Source: Macrostomum hystrix (lineage: Eukaryota; Animalia; Platyhelminthes). Taken from it: a stretch of 64,000 nt of DNA. Below, in pieces: positions 46,373-58,000 of this stretch (position 1 is its first letter; each line of letters begins with the position of its first letter). The stretch covers positions 2,976,001 through 3,040,000 of the forward strand of contig CATNEN010000010.1 of assembly GCA_950097015.1 (NCBI GenBank), in the 5' to 3' direction. Under the pieces are notes generated by a model. The model was not told where the DNA came from. It saw only the letters and a program-made list of their open reading frames with translations, and did no database searches. The translations under genes were made by a program, and so were the position numbers.

Positions 46373-47044
46373 GTGTGTTGAGTTGTTAGTTCGATCGATG
46401 ACAAGAAAGTAGTCTTTGATGTATTTTCTAGACAGTTCTAAGCTAGGCTTTGTTCAGATAATCTGTTTCTTATTTACCGGCTTTGCATAATGCTCTATTA
46501 TTCATAATTTTTTTATGTTTTCGCCCTTTCACTAATCTGTCTGCCTTCTTCCATTGTGACTTTCCACACACGTCTGTTTCTGTCTGTTTGCCTGTATCCC
46601 CTGGTTCTGCTGGTGCACAGCTGCCTGCCTGCACCGATGCCTCAAACTAGCTCACCTACCTACTTGAGCACACCCCAGCCAACTGCTCACAGTACTCACT
46701 GATTCTGTCTGCGCCTCATCCCTCCTGTGCCCCCAGTCTGCCCCGGGTCCCTTTCTCCCGCTCTGCCCTCCTCCCTCCATCCGCATCGTCTAGTAATAAA
46801 ATTCCCTGAGAAGCTGCCATCCCCTTCGATCCCAAAGTCGTTCTACTTCGACCTGCTGGCTTGGTTGCTTCCTGTCCTAGAAAGGAAAGATTTCCCAAAG
46901 TCCCACAGCCGCAAAAGCTGCCCCTCGCAACGCGCCCGCCCCGGGCAGGCAACTTTGAGCAGTCTTTGAGTAATTTGCATCGAAGCTTGCGAAAATTGGC
47001 AGCATGAGCAGGTGAGATTACAGTCGCAGAGTTCTAACTTGAGC

Positions 47045-47585
47045 TGGGACCTGAAGGTAAGGGTCATGTTAGGAACTGAGGGCCTGAAAGAAGGGCTCTT
47101 GTTAGGAACTGAGGGGCTGAAGGTAAGGGTCATGTTAGGAACTGAGGACCTGAAGGTAAGGGTCATGTTAGGAACTGAGGACCTGATGGGAAGGGTCATG
47201 TTAGGAACTGAGGGCCTGATGGGAAGGGTCATGTTAGGAACTGAGGACCTGAAGGAAAGGGTCATGTTAGGAACTGAGGGCCTGAAGGGAATGATCATGT
47301 TAGGAACTGAGGGCCTGAAAGAAGGGCTCTTGTTAGGAACTGAGGGCCTGAAAGAAGGGCTCTTGTTAGGAACGGAGGGCCTGAAGGGAGGGTCATGTTA
47401 GGAACTGAGGGCCTGAAGGAAAGGGTCATGTTAGGAACTGAGGGCCTGAAGGGAATGATCATGTTAGGAACTGAGGGCCTGAAGGGAATGATCATGTTAG
47501 GAACTGAGGGCCTGAAGGGAATGATCATGTTAGGAACTGAGGGCCTGAAGGGAATGGTCATGCTAGGAACTGAGGGCCTGAAGGA
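47045..47585. repeat. 33-bp minisatellite (ttaggaactgagggcctgaagggaatgatcatg)
   Basis: About 16 copies; - strand reads cctaac..acccttaccttcag. Confidence 0.95.
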
Positions 47586-48009
47586 AAGCGGTAAACAGTT
47601 CCTGAGGAACTGATGCGATGAACGAAGGGACTCCAGCCTCTCAAAATAGCTGACAAAGATCGCCCAGTTGTCCTCCTCCGTGCATGAAAAGAAATACGAC
47701 GTAAAGTGGCTGGAAAAGTCTAAAAATAGAACAAACACAGAACTGCCACTGGGCGGGCAGAAGCGGTGACAGCTTTTCATTAGGACGGGCACAATGCCTG
47801 CAATCAGGCTAAGTCAGGAGTGCCCAACACTGAAGCTAGAAATAGCTAATAAAACTTTGATTTATGAGCATAGCAACCAACTCATTCGAGTTGGCGATAG
47901 CTGGGGCTAATGAGCTCTGCGGGATTTTTAAGCCGATTGAGTCATTTGAGGGGACTGCATGGTAAGGATTGGGAATCGGAATAACTGAGGCACAAGTTGA
48001 AAACGGAAG

Positions 48010-48662
48010 GAGGGAAGCTGAAGGGAAGGAGGGAAGCTGAAGGGAAGGAGGGAAGCTGAAGGGAAGGAGGGAAGCTGAAGGGAAGGAGGGAAGCTGAAGG
48101 GAAGGAGGGAAGCTGAAGGGAAGGAGGGAAGCTGAAGGGAAGGAGGGAAGCTGAAGGGAAGGAGGGAAGCTGAAGGGAAGGAGGGAAGCTGAAGGGAAGG
48201 AGGGAAGCTGAAGGGAAGGAGGGAAGCTGAAGGGAAGGAGGGAAGCTGAAGGGAAGGAGGGAAGCTGAAGGGAAGGAGGGAAGCTGAAGGGAAGGAGGGA
48301 AGCTGAAGGGAAGGAGGGAAGCTGAAGGGAAGGAGGGAAGCTGAAGGGAAGGAGGGAAGCTGAAGGGAAGGAGGGAAGCTGAAGGGAAGGAGGGAAGCTG
48401 AAGGGAAGGAGGGAAGCTGAAGGGAAGGAGGGAAGCTGAAGGGAAGGAGGGAAGCTGAAGGGAAGGAGGGAAGCTGAAGGGAAGGAGGGAAGCTGAAGGG
48501 AAGGAGGGAAGCTGAAGGGAAGGAGGGAAGCTGAAGGGAGGGAAGGAGGGAAGCTGAAGGGAAGAGGGGAAGCTGAAGGGAAGGAGAAAGCTGAAGGGAG
48601 GGAAGGAGGGAAGCTGAAGGGAGGGAAGAAGGGAAGCTGAAGGGAGGGAAGGCGGGAAGCTG
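48010..48662. repeat. 19-bp minisatellite (gaagggaaggagggaagct)
   Basis: About 33 near-perfect copies. Confidence 0.97.
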
Positions 48663-48724
48663 AGCGGCTTGAAGCTCCAGCTCTGACCTATTGTTTGCAG
48701 AGTCCCTCGGAGCGCGGGTCAGTC

Positions 48725-49153
48725 ATGACAGAAGTCGGCTGCTGCTGTCTCTTCAGCCGCTGCTGCCGTTGGGCCAGCGGCAGGACTCCAAGCCGCGCCA
48801 GGCAAACTGCCAAAGTTGCACCCGGCGGAGCAGAAGGCACCGCCGCCGCCGCCGCCGCATCCGCCGTTGTTGAACAGCGAACCTCGACTCCGGCTGAAGC
48901 GCCATCATCGTCGGCGCCGAAGGCCAAGTCAGATTTCCCCTACGAGCCGCACGGCTCCCAGCTGTTCAGGTCCAGCCACGCCATCGACCGGCTGGGCCAG
49001 AGCTTCACCATCAGCCTGTCCAGGGACTGCGACCTGCTCACAGTTGAGCTGGCCGAGGGGAGCGCGGAGGTCGCTAGCGGCGAGGTCGAATCAACGGCAA
49101 CGGCATCAGAAACCGTGGCATCATGGTGGCAACAGAGACCGCAGTCCAGATGA
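48725..49153 (+). CDS. Unknown 142-aa protein with an N-terminal Cys cluster (MTEVGCCCLFSRCC); possibly a truncated 5' gene fragment
   Basis: Acceptor tgtttgcag at 48700, ATG at 48725. Very high GC3 over 48930-49070; aataaataaa at ~49565. Confidence 0.5.
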   Translation: MTEVGCCCLFSRCCRWASGRTPSRARQTAKVAPGGAEGTAAAAAASAVVEQRTSTPAEAPSSSAPKAKSDFPYEPHGSQLFRSSHAIDRLGQSFTISLSRDCDLLTVELAEGSAEVASGEVESTATASETVASWWQQRPQSR

Positions 49154-49718
49154 CCCAGAGATGATCACGGAGCTCTTCTCAATCTTTATTGCTTTTCTTT
49201 ATCCGAACATCGAAAAATATTTGCTCTTCTTACATTACTAAAGCTGCATGAGCTTGATGCTTGTCTTTCAGAATGGAGGTCCCAGGTTCGATGCCTTAAT
49301 AATGCTATTATTTGATCAGTTACGAGCGTACAATGCTCAGCATTAGCAGATGTGCTGACCGCAGCATGTAATAGGCCCCGATAATTAATTAACGTGCAGT
49401 TGATTACTGGGATCTAGCTACTTAATCCTTTCAGCACTGACTTTGCAAATTATATTATTATTATATAAGCATATATTATACTCATTTAGTATATATTTGC
49501 ACTTCTACAGCCGTATACTAATCTCATTTGTGTACTTAAACTGACTGTGCTCATCTGATCACACAATAAATAAAGCTTAACACGCCTTCCTTTATGGAAT
49601 TATTTTTATATTGTCCATAAAATGCGACTCTGCTTTCTTAATCCATGCGACAAAGAAGAAAAACAGTAAAAATAGGAGACGGACAGACGGCACTGAGGCT
49701 GACGATGATAAAGCTCGA

Positions 49719-50785
49719 TTAATGTGTGCCCAGCTTCCTGGCTTCATCCGCTGAGTACTGCAGCGTCCACTCGTTCGCGCCCACCAGCCGCAGCCGCCGA
49801 CCAGCGCTCCTCGACGCCCGCGCCAGCAACGGCTCATCGACATCGTTCCGCTGAAATAGACTTTTATCCGTTCCGCTGTCTACGCGGAACCTTAGCTCTG
49901 AAATTTGATCTGATAATCTGATCTGAAAGACGCCACTGCAACCGCTGCCGGACTTTTTACGGTGGTCTTTGTTCTCTTCTGCCATACGGTGGTCTTTGTT
50001 CTCTTCCGCCATGCAGTGGTCTTTATTCTCTTCTGCCATACAAAAGTAAACCTCCCTGCCATACAGGGGTCTTTGTTCTCTTCTGCCATACGGTGGCCTT
50101 TGCTCTCTTCCGCCATGCAGTAGTCTTTGTTCTCTTTTGCCCGCTGGCGATCTCTTGTGGCCAGTCGGTGTGAGGAAATTTTTTCCAATCTTAGACGATG
50201 GTCTTTGTCGTCTAGCACTCGATACTGGCTTTTGATTTCAGTCGCCCTACAGAGATTATCATACGCGACAATTCGACGCTTGCTTTTGTTGCCTTTTGTA
50301 CGACCCTGTTTTCTTTGGCAATTGCTGTCGTTTTCTTTAAGCCGATGATGGTCCTTGTTGACCTGCATTCGACCTTGGTCCTTGCACTTTATGGCTGCCA
50401 TCCGACAGGGGTCTCTGTTTCTGCTCAGCGCAGTCGGCCTAGGGTTCTCAACGGTCTCCGGACAGTTGTAGCCGACTGGAACCCGCCCAGACCGTATTCG
50501 ACTTTCAATGCACTCTACAAACTGTCCGGAGATCCGATTCACCAGCCGAAAAGTGGCCGACAGCATCTCGCCGATGGAATAGACGCTGCTAATCAGAGAC
50601 CACTGGTGCCGAAAGCTGAAGACTTCGTAGTGGCCATTGGAACGGATGATCGCGTCTCGATGAATCGCGGACTCGGGTCTCGCCCTGCGTTGAGGTTTGT
50701 TGTCGACGCCGCCCTCCTGATTAGACAGCAGCCAAACACAATACCAGTAGAAGCTCTTCAGGACGTCTGGCACCCGCCACGACAT
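49719..50785 (-). other. Orphan ORF pair (50785-49892 and 50039-49719) joined by a frame change within 27-bp MAEENKDHR repeats
   Basis: Repeated atggcagaagagaacaaagaccac units; no recognisable family. Confidence 0.3.
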
Positions 50786-50854
50786 GAAGCTGTCAAAACT
50801 GCGTAACTTTAAGAGGACAAATTATCAGTCTAATCCACACACACAATTTCAAAA

Positions 50855-51030
50855 ATGGTCCGGCAAATGACTAATGCTGAAAGATGGCGTGCTGTTGGAA
50901 TGCTGGAAGTTGGGGTGTCGATCAGCGAAGTTGCTCGCAGATTTGGAAGATCGCGAGCGGCAATTCGAAAACTGCTGACAAAGTCCCGTGAGACTGGCAG
51001 CGTGGAGCACGCTGCGAAAGGCAGTCAGCG
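50855..51030 (+). mobile_element. Tc1/mariner transposase N-terminal HTH fragment
   Basis: MVRQMTNAERWRAVGMLEVGVSISEVARRFGRSRAAIRKLLTKSRETGSVE fits the Tc1-type paired-like HTH pattern (R.RAIGML..G.S...VAR.FG....TI..L..R...TG.V.D). No DDE domain follows. Confidence 0.7.
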
Positions 51031-51099
51031 CCTTGATCTCCGTGGCTCACAGTCAACACGGTGTAGACGGCGTTGACGGAGTTGCAATCGATTCTTTGA

Positions 51100-51440
51100 G
51101 GGAAGGAGAGAGAGGGAGGAGAGAGAGGGAAGGGAAGAGAGGGAAGGGGAGAGAGGGAGGAGAGAGAGGGAAGGGAAGAGAGGGAATGGAGAGAGGGAGG
51201 GGGAGAGAGGGAAGGAGAGAGAGGGAAGGAGAGAGAGGGAAGGGGAGAGAGGGAAGGAGAGAGAGGGAAGGGGAGAGAGGGAAGGGGAGAGAGGGAAGGA
51301 GAGAGAGGGAAGGGGAGAGAGGGAAGGGGAGAGAGGGAAGGGGAGAGAGGGAAGGGGAGAGAGGGAAGGGGAGAGAGGGAAGGGGAGAGAGGGAAGGGGA
51401 GAGAGGGAAGGGGAGAGACGGAAGAAGAGAGAGGGAAGGA
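51100..51440. repeat. 14-bp purine repeat (gagagagggaaggg)
   Basis: About 22 copies. Confidence 0.93.
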
Positions 51441-51892
51441 TGGGAACTTGAGCCTTAAAAGTGGGCTTCACAGTGTTTGTAGACGTATTTTTGACAGTTT
51501 TTTAGAGAAAGCTATTTTTTAAGTGCACCTCGATCTATTTACTACGAGTAAGGTGATGCGAAATCGAGAGTGGAAAATTCTTAGCAACGCGAATGAAATT
51601 TTGCGGTCTGCAAGGATCGCAACATTTGCGCTCATTTGCTATTATAATATAATTGCACAAATACAAAATGCATGGAATTTCAGAGGCCCAGTTTTCGAAA
51701 CCTTGCCAGCCGAGAGCACAGGTGCAAAGTTCTAGCTGCATGGGTCTCGAATTGTAGCCTTCTGAAAAAGGCAATAATAACACAGGGGCATCTCAATGCC
51801 AAATTATAAGCACACACAATGTTAGCCGAGTGACTAGGCGGTAGGTCTGCCCGTCTAGATGCTGCCGACTCCATTCGCATATCAAACACCAA

Positions 51893-52435
51893 GAGTGACC
51901 GGCGAAGAGAGAGTGACAGACGAGGACAGGGAGAGAGTGACAGGCGGGGACAGGGAGAGAGTGACAGACGAGGACAGGGAGAGAGTGACAGACGAGGACA
52001 GGGAGAGAGTGACAGACGAGGACAGGGAGAGAGTGACAGACGAGGACAGGGAGAGAGTGACAGACGAGGACAGGGAGAGAGTGACAGACGAGGACAGGGA
52101 GAGAGACTTTGTGTGACAGACGAAGGCAGAGAGAGACTTTGTGTGACAGACGAAGACAGAGAGAGAGCTTGTGTGACAGACGAAGGCAGAGTGACAGACG
52201 AAGACAGAGTGACAGACGAAGACAGAGTGACAGACGAAGACAGAGTGACAGACGAAGACAGAGTGACAGACGAAGACAGAGTAACAGACGAAGACAGAGT
52301 GACAGACGAATGCAGAGTGACAGACGAAGACAGAGTGACAGACGAATGCAGAGTGACAGACGAAGACAGAGTGACAGACGAATGCAGAGTGACAGACGAA
52401 GACAGAGTGACAGACGAATGCAGGGTGACAGACGA
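51893..52435. repeat. Related 24-bp (gtgacagacgaggacagggagaga) and 18-bp (gtgacagacgaagacaga) tandem repeats
   Basis: Shared core gtgacagacga; unit length shifts from 24 to ~30 to 18 along the array. Confidence 0.94.
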
Positions 52436-54003
52436 CAGCTCTAGCGGTGGTTTTAGATAATGTGAGCAGTTAAAATGTGAGACGCCGCTGACAGGCTATT
52501 TACAGTGAGTAAGGTTATTTCCAAATGAACGCAGCAGTCTGTGTAGCCGCAGTTGGAACATTGCACATTCTTGTGTACCCTAGCCAAATTGCCGGCAAAA
52601 TTTTGCTTTTGTCTGCAGGTTGCTCAACCATGACTAGCTTAGCTGCGGCGGTTTCGTCTGGCATGGCTGCAGCGAACTCGTTCTCACATTTCCTCTCTTG
52701 AGTTTCCATTTCTGCCCCAAAACTGACCTCAGATGGCCGAGCTCTGACCCCTCCTCCTACACAGGAGCTGCTGCTGCTGCTGCTGCTGCTGCCATGCCGC
52801 ATTCGAGAATTCATTCATTGTAAACAGCCCACTTAATCTCATTGTAGAACGGGTAAGCAATTTTACAATAAGCATAAGTTACATATTCTAAGGCTTACAA
52901 TTGAATCTCGACCAAGTGAATAACAATTTTCTATTCTATAGTTAAAGGCAGGCGTTCTTGTTTTCGCCGCAACGAGAACGAAGCCCAGATGTCCAGTGTA
53001 TCTGGCGGCAAAATATTATATCCTTCTAAAAATAGCCAGCTATTTAGGAAGTTGGCTGGTGGCGCTAATCTGGTCCGGAGTTGATCTCATTCTCGGAGTT
53101 CTATTCTCTGTCCTGCCCGGCACCGCATGCCAGCACCTTGTAAGCATGGCTGAAAATACCGGCGCAGATTTGGCATTTGGGGGAGGCTGGTCACGTGACT
53201 TCGCAGATAATTCAAAGCACGATAACAGGCTGTCCTGCCCATGCGGATGCAAGTAGGATATCCTGCCACAGGTGCAAGTGGAACAAATAGCTTTGTAGCT
53301 CGTAAACAACAGGCAATTGATGAGTATGGCTAATTGCTGCAACGCTAGCCTAGCGACAGTCCTGGATGATGATTGCCTATGCCAGAGCATAACACACCTT
53401 TGGGTATAGGAAGAGGTCACGAAAGAGAAAGTCAGCCTTGGCGTGTATCCAAGTAAGTATCAAATCTAAATCTAATCTTGAAGGTCCTCATGCGTAAAAA
53501 AGGTGTACAGCTTTAGCAAAATACAAAGGCTACAGTCAGTGAAAGTGCTCAGGCACAGTCCTGCAGTTAATTGACTGAGCAGAGAAGAGGCGGGTTCGCA
53601 GGGTCCAGTTCAGACCAGTTCCTAATGCAGGAAGAAAAACTTGTAAAAAGTGCTCAGCTTGCATTTCGTATAATCCTGCAGCCACCCTGGGTTTAGAGTG
53701 GAGCATGTAGAGAGGAGGCTGGGGTGGGTGTGGTGCACTTTTAAGGGACTCATTAGAGAGTGCGATGAGTAGCGCCACTTTCCAAGCAATTCTTTCTCAT
53801 TTCTGTCAGATGCTAACGAGAACTGGATGCACCTGCTTTTGCGCTTAGCAACTGTCGCTAGGCGGGAATCTAGAAATCAATAGAATTTCATTCTACTTGG
53901 CTTTTATAAGCACAATGCAAATTCTTCTTTTTAAACACCAGCGTAGAGCCCTGAATACAGAACCTGGACACACAACTGCTCACTAAGCCACCGATTCTCG
54001 AAC

Positions 54004-54220
54004 CTGCGTACGGCTGTCCAGTCCATGGACTGGTGGGACGACATACCCAACCCTCAAATGACCCAGCTGATGCTGGTACCCATTTAACAGCTGGGTGAAC
54101 TGAAGCAATGCAGAGTTAAGTGTCTTGCTAAAATACACAGGTTGTTCCAGTGACGTCGGGAATCGAACCCTCGACCTTCAAGTAGTGAGGCCCACACTCT
54201 AAACACTATAGGCTACAACC
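54004..54220 (-). mobile_element. tRNA-derived SINE family A (CORE-like domain), copy 2
   Basis: - strand: gtagcctatagtgtttagagtg..gagggttcgattcccgac..tgtgtattttagcaagacacttaactctgcattgcttcagttcacccagctgttaaatgggtacc. Matches 28953-29160. Confidence 0.75.
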
Positions 54221-55067
54221 CCCTTGTAGTACTTCCCTTGATGCACTAGCTTGGAGAAAAGCAAAAAAGCACTTTCACTTAGTTTATCTACAGAAGAAAG
54301 TTGAGACCGTGCAAGCACTAGAATTGAGGATCTAGAATTAGAAAAAAATTGAAGCAGTTACTTTATCTTTTATCTGCTAAGCACTCGTATATTTGCTACC
54401 GTACTCTGAGATTCACAGTCTAAAGTGTGAAAGTGAACGCGGTTTCAGGCAGAACCCTCATCGACCAAACTTACCGGTTCTGATACAAAGATAGTGTATA
54501 TTAGATATGTGTATCGCAAATAGATAAATCGAAAGAAATTTGAATCACTGCAGTCTAAAATAAAGCAATGTTCCGACTGTATATTCATTTTTGATCGATA
54601 TTTACATTAGCCTAATGCCTATGTGATGGTGGTCACTAATCTACATTATGAATGTATAGTAAAACAAAAATGCTAAGTGAAAGTTAGTTCACTACGAGTA
54701 CCGGTGAAAGCTAAAGCTTAGGAACTGAACTTAACGGTACACCAAGAAATTGTTACACAAAGCACAAGAGCCCAGCTACCCAGGGGAACTGTACCAGACT
54801 AACTGAAACCTTTGATGCGAACAGATTACAAGTTTGAGAGATTCGACGCCAGACAGCATGACAATGGCTACGCAGGTAACATGAAGGTGCACAAAGTCCG
54901 GGATTTGCATTGATAGATTTGTAAATGTTGAACGATGCATCCAAATGTGACCAAAACCGGCTTTCATGCTTGACAGAGGGATGTTCTGAGCAATTTTAAA
55001 ACCATTGCCAATCCAGGGGCAGGCAAGCATGTGCCACAATGTCCAGTGTCTCTGATTGCGAAAGTCC

Positions 55068-58000
55068 TCACACTGCCTGCTGCTGCTGCCGCTCGATGCG
55101 GTCTGCCTTGAGCAGCGAGATGTTCGACGACAGCGGCTTGGCGTCCGGACCGCCGTCCTCGATCACCTGGGCATCGTTGGCGCCGCGGCAGACCCGTACG
55201 AAGGCCAGGTCCTTGGCGATGTCGTCGAAGCTGCGGTTCTTGGTCTCCGGCATGCAGATGAAGAAGAAGATCCAGAAGGGCACCACAACGCCGAGGTAGA
55301 TGAGGAACACGTAGCCCTCGATAGCCAGCTTCAGGTTGACGAAGGTGGTGGACACCAGCAGGTTGGAGATCCACTGGACGCCCTGGCTCAGCGAGTAGGC
55401 GGCGCTGCGAGGCTCCTGGCGGAAGACCTCGGCAACGATGAAGCCGGGAATTGTGCCCAGGCCGAAGGCGAAGCCGGCTGTGTACACGAAGATGAACACC
55501 ATGAAGGTGATGGAGGCGCCGTACTTCACACTGTCGGAGTCGGACTCCTTGACCAGGACGGCGCTGACGCAGAGAACAACGAGGCTGACAGCCAGCACTG
55601 CCGACGGCGCCAGGAGGAGTGTCCGGCGGCCGAACTTCTCCAGCAGCGGCAGCGAGATCACGGTACACAGCACGTTGAAGAAGCTGAAGCCGAGGTTCAC
55701 GTAGGGCACGGCGGCGCTGGAGATGCCAGAGATCTCCATCATGGCGGTCGAGTAGCTCATGACCTGACAGTTCAGCAAATCAGCTGGAGTTAGAAGAAGC
55801 TTTGCGCCCCACGGACACCCCCCTGATCCCCAGTAGCATGGGATTAATCTGAATCAGCTAGATCCTCTAAGAGCCTCTGCTAATGCCCAAGAATAGAAAT
55901 CCCAGAAAAATATTTTGTCACAAAATTTCCTGTCTGGTGGGAAGGCAAGAACAATGCAACAAGCGCAGCGCCCGCCCGACTGCCTTGGCGACAACAGTGC
56001 TGTTTTGTTAGACAATGCTCCAGTGTTATAGTTGCTAGGCGGGGGAATAAGCTCTGAGTGCTTCATTTGGCATTCGGGAACTAGTGCCTGGACTAAAGCC
56101 GGGGCATTGGGAGCAGCTGTCGCAGCGATAGAACAATTCAATGGCCCAGCATTTCAGTGCGGAAGGCTGAGCACGGCATAGGGGAGGTGGGTGTGAGGGA
56201 GAGAGGCGGATCCCCTCCCTGTTTCTATGAGTTCTCCCCTCCCAATTGCGCTGTGTAAGCCTAGGCGTATGTTGCCGTGACGACCAGCTCAACCGCCCAC
56301 GTGTTTGTTGTCGATGCGAGCGCTAATGCACTGGCAAGATTTGAAGAGAGTCTCAGTTGAGTTGAGGTTCCTTCTCAGCTAGTCCTGAGCTCTCACAGCC
56401 TTTCCAGTTGGATCTATAGCAGGGGTCGGCAAACTTTTTAGCGAGTGGGCCACGGAGAGAACCTATAGGACGACAGCGGGCCGTATTAACTGTAGGAATA
56501 TGAGAAAGGGGAGAGTTGAGACACAGGATAGATAAGAAATGGGAGAGATGATAAATGGGAGAGATGATAAATGGGAGAGATGATAAATGGGAGAGATGAT
56601 AAATGGGAGAGATGATAAATCGGAGAGATGATAAATGGGAGAGATGATAAATGGGAGAGATGAGAAATGGGAGAGATGATAAATGGGAGAGATGAGAAAT
56701 GGGAGAGATGATAAATGGGAGAGATGAGAAATGGGAGAGATGATAAATGGGAGAGATAGGACACAGGATAGATGAGAAATGGGAGAGATGAGACACCGAA
56801 TCGACGAGACAGCGGAGGGATGAGCCAGAGATGAGAATAGATAAGACTGGAGAGACGGGAGACACGGCAGAGATGAGACAGGGGAGAGATAATGAGACAC
56901 AGGACAGATAAGACACTGGAGAGATGAGACAGGATACTATAGGTGGTGGAAGGGGCAACGGGCCAGATTTAGGGGCTTCGAGGGCCGCATCTGGCCCGCG
57001 GGCCGGAGTTTGCCGACCCCTAGCCTGACACACCCCTGCCCATCAACTGCTCAGCGGGCAGCCACTACACGGCTGAGCAGTGCAGACAATGACAGTCGAA
57101 TCTGGTCACATGACACGACGCTATCTTAAATTATTCTTTTGTTTAAGAGGCCCATTTATCCAACTTTATTGTCTTCTGTCTTCTTTCTATGTACTATGAT
57201 TGTACTTTTTGCGAAATGAACAATTGACGCAGGCGTCTTTAAGCAGTAGTTTATTTCTGTCGATGAGGTTACAACTGCCCCATGCGATGCCAGAGCAGAG
57301 TGACAAAGTTCGGAGCAAGTCTCCAGTAAGACTGGACTTTCGAGTTTAGGCCAGTTTTATAATCGACTATGGAAGAAAGGACTGGTAATTTAAGGACAGC
57401 TATATCAAACACTCGGCTGAGCCAAGTTGACCTTGAAAAAAGCACCTTTGTGCGTCAGCTGCAACAGCTGCTACTCCTCACAATTCCACTCTCTGTCTGT
57501 CTGTCTAAGTTCAGGAGAAAATAAACTATAGCATAGCAATGCAGTTTTGCTTTTGATTTCACACCAGAGTGCAGAGTCAGGGCATGATTTTTCCTAATTC
57601 CCAAGGAAGCCACCCCGCTGAGAGGGGGAGCGATTTCGCCAGGAAAGCATTCTATAAATAGTGCCAGTTTAAAAGTACAACCGCCTTCGCCGGAAACGCA
57701 CGGGCGGTTTCTGGTACACCTGCATTCTCTATTCATAAGCAGAACTGATTTCAGCTGCGAAAGTCAGTCAAAGCCAATAACGATGAAGAAAAATTCACTA
57801 ATGGAACTCGCTAATGACTATAGAGAGTGACATAGCGGGCTGCCCGCAGCTGGTCCAATACTAGATCTTTTGTTCGGGCCTCGTCTCTGACGTCAGAGGC
57901 GCTGCGCCGATTCTAGGGGGAGGGGGGCGAAGCACTAATGACGGCTTAACGAGTCCCGGTTCTGATTGACACAGCTTTTACTGCTGGCCACTCAGTTCTT

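Larger units (their letters stand above)
44974..47797 (-). other. Tentative three-exon gene or gene relic. Exons 47797-47597, 46985-46700, 45196-44974; one in-frame TAG at 46843-46845
   Basis: Unique segments between minisatellites carry - strand acceptors and a gtgagt donor at 46699, and phases are compatible (1,1,2). The first donor (gtttac) is weak and no homology is recognised. Confidence 0.3.

Noticed and set aside
45241-47613. 387-aa, 165-aa, 151-aa and 129-aa repeat-rich ORFs
   Set aside because: Derived from the 15/16-bp and 33-bp arrays; only the unique flanks were kept as tentative exons.
51025-52460. ER-rich, SPLP-rich and VTDEDR-repeat ORFs
   Set aside because: Translations of the 14-, 24- and 18-bp tandem repeats.
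52515-53420. Short - strand ORFs (99 aa, 126 aa)
   Set aside because: No recognisable motif, codon bias or convincing splice framework.
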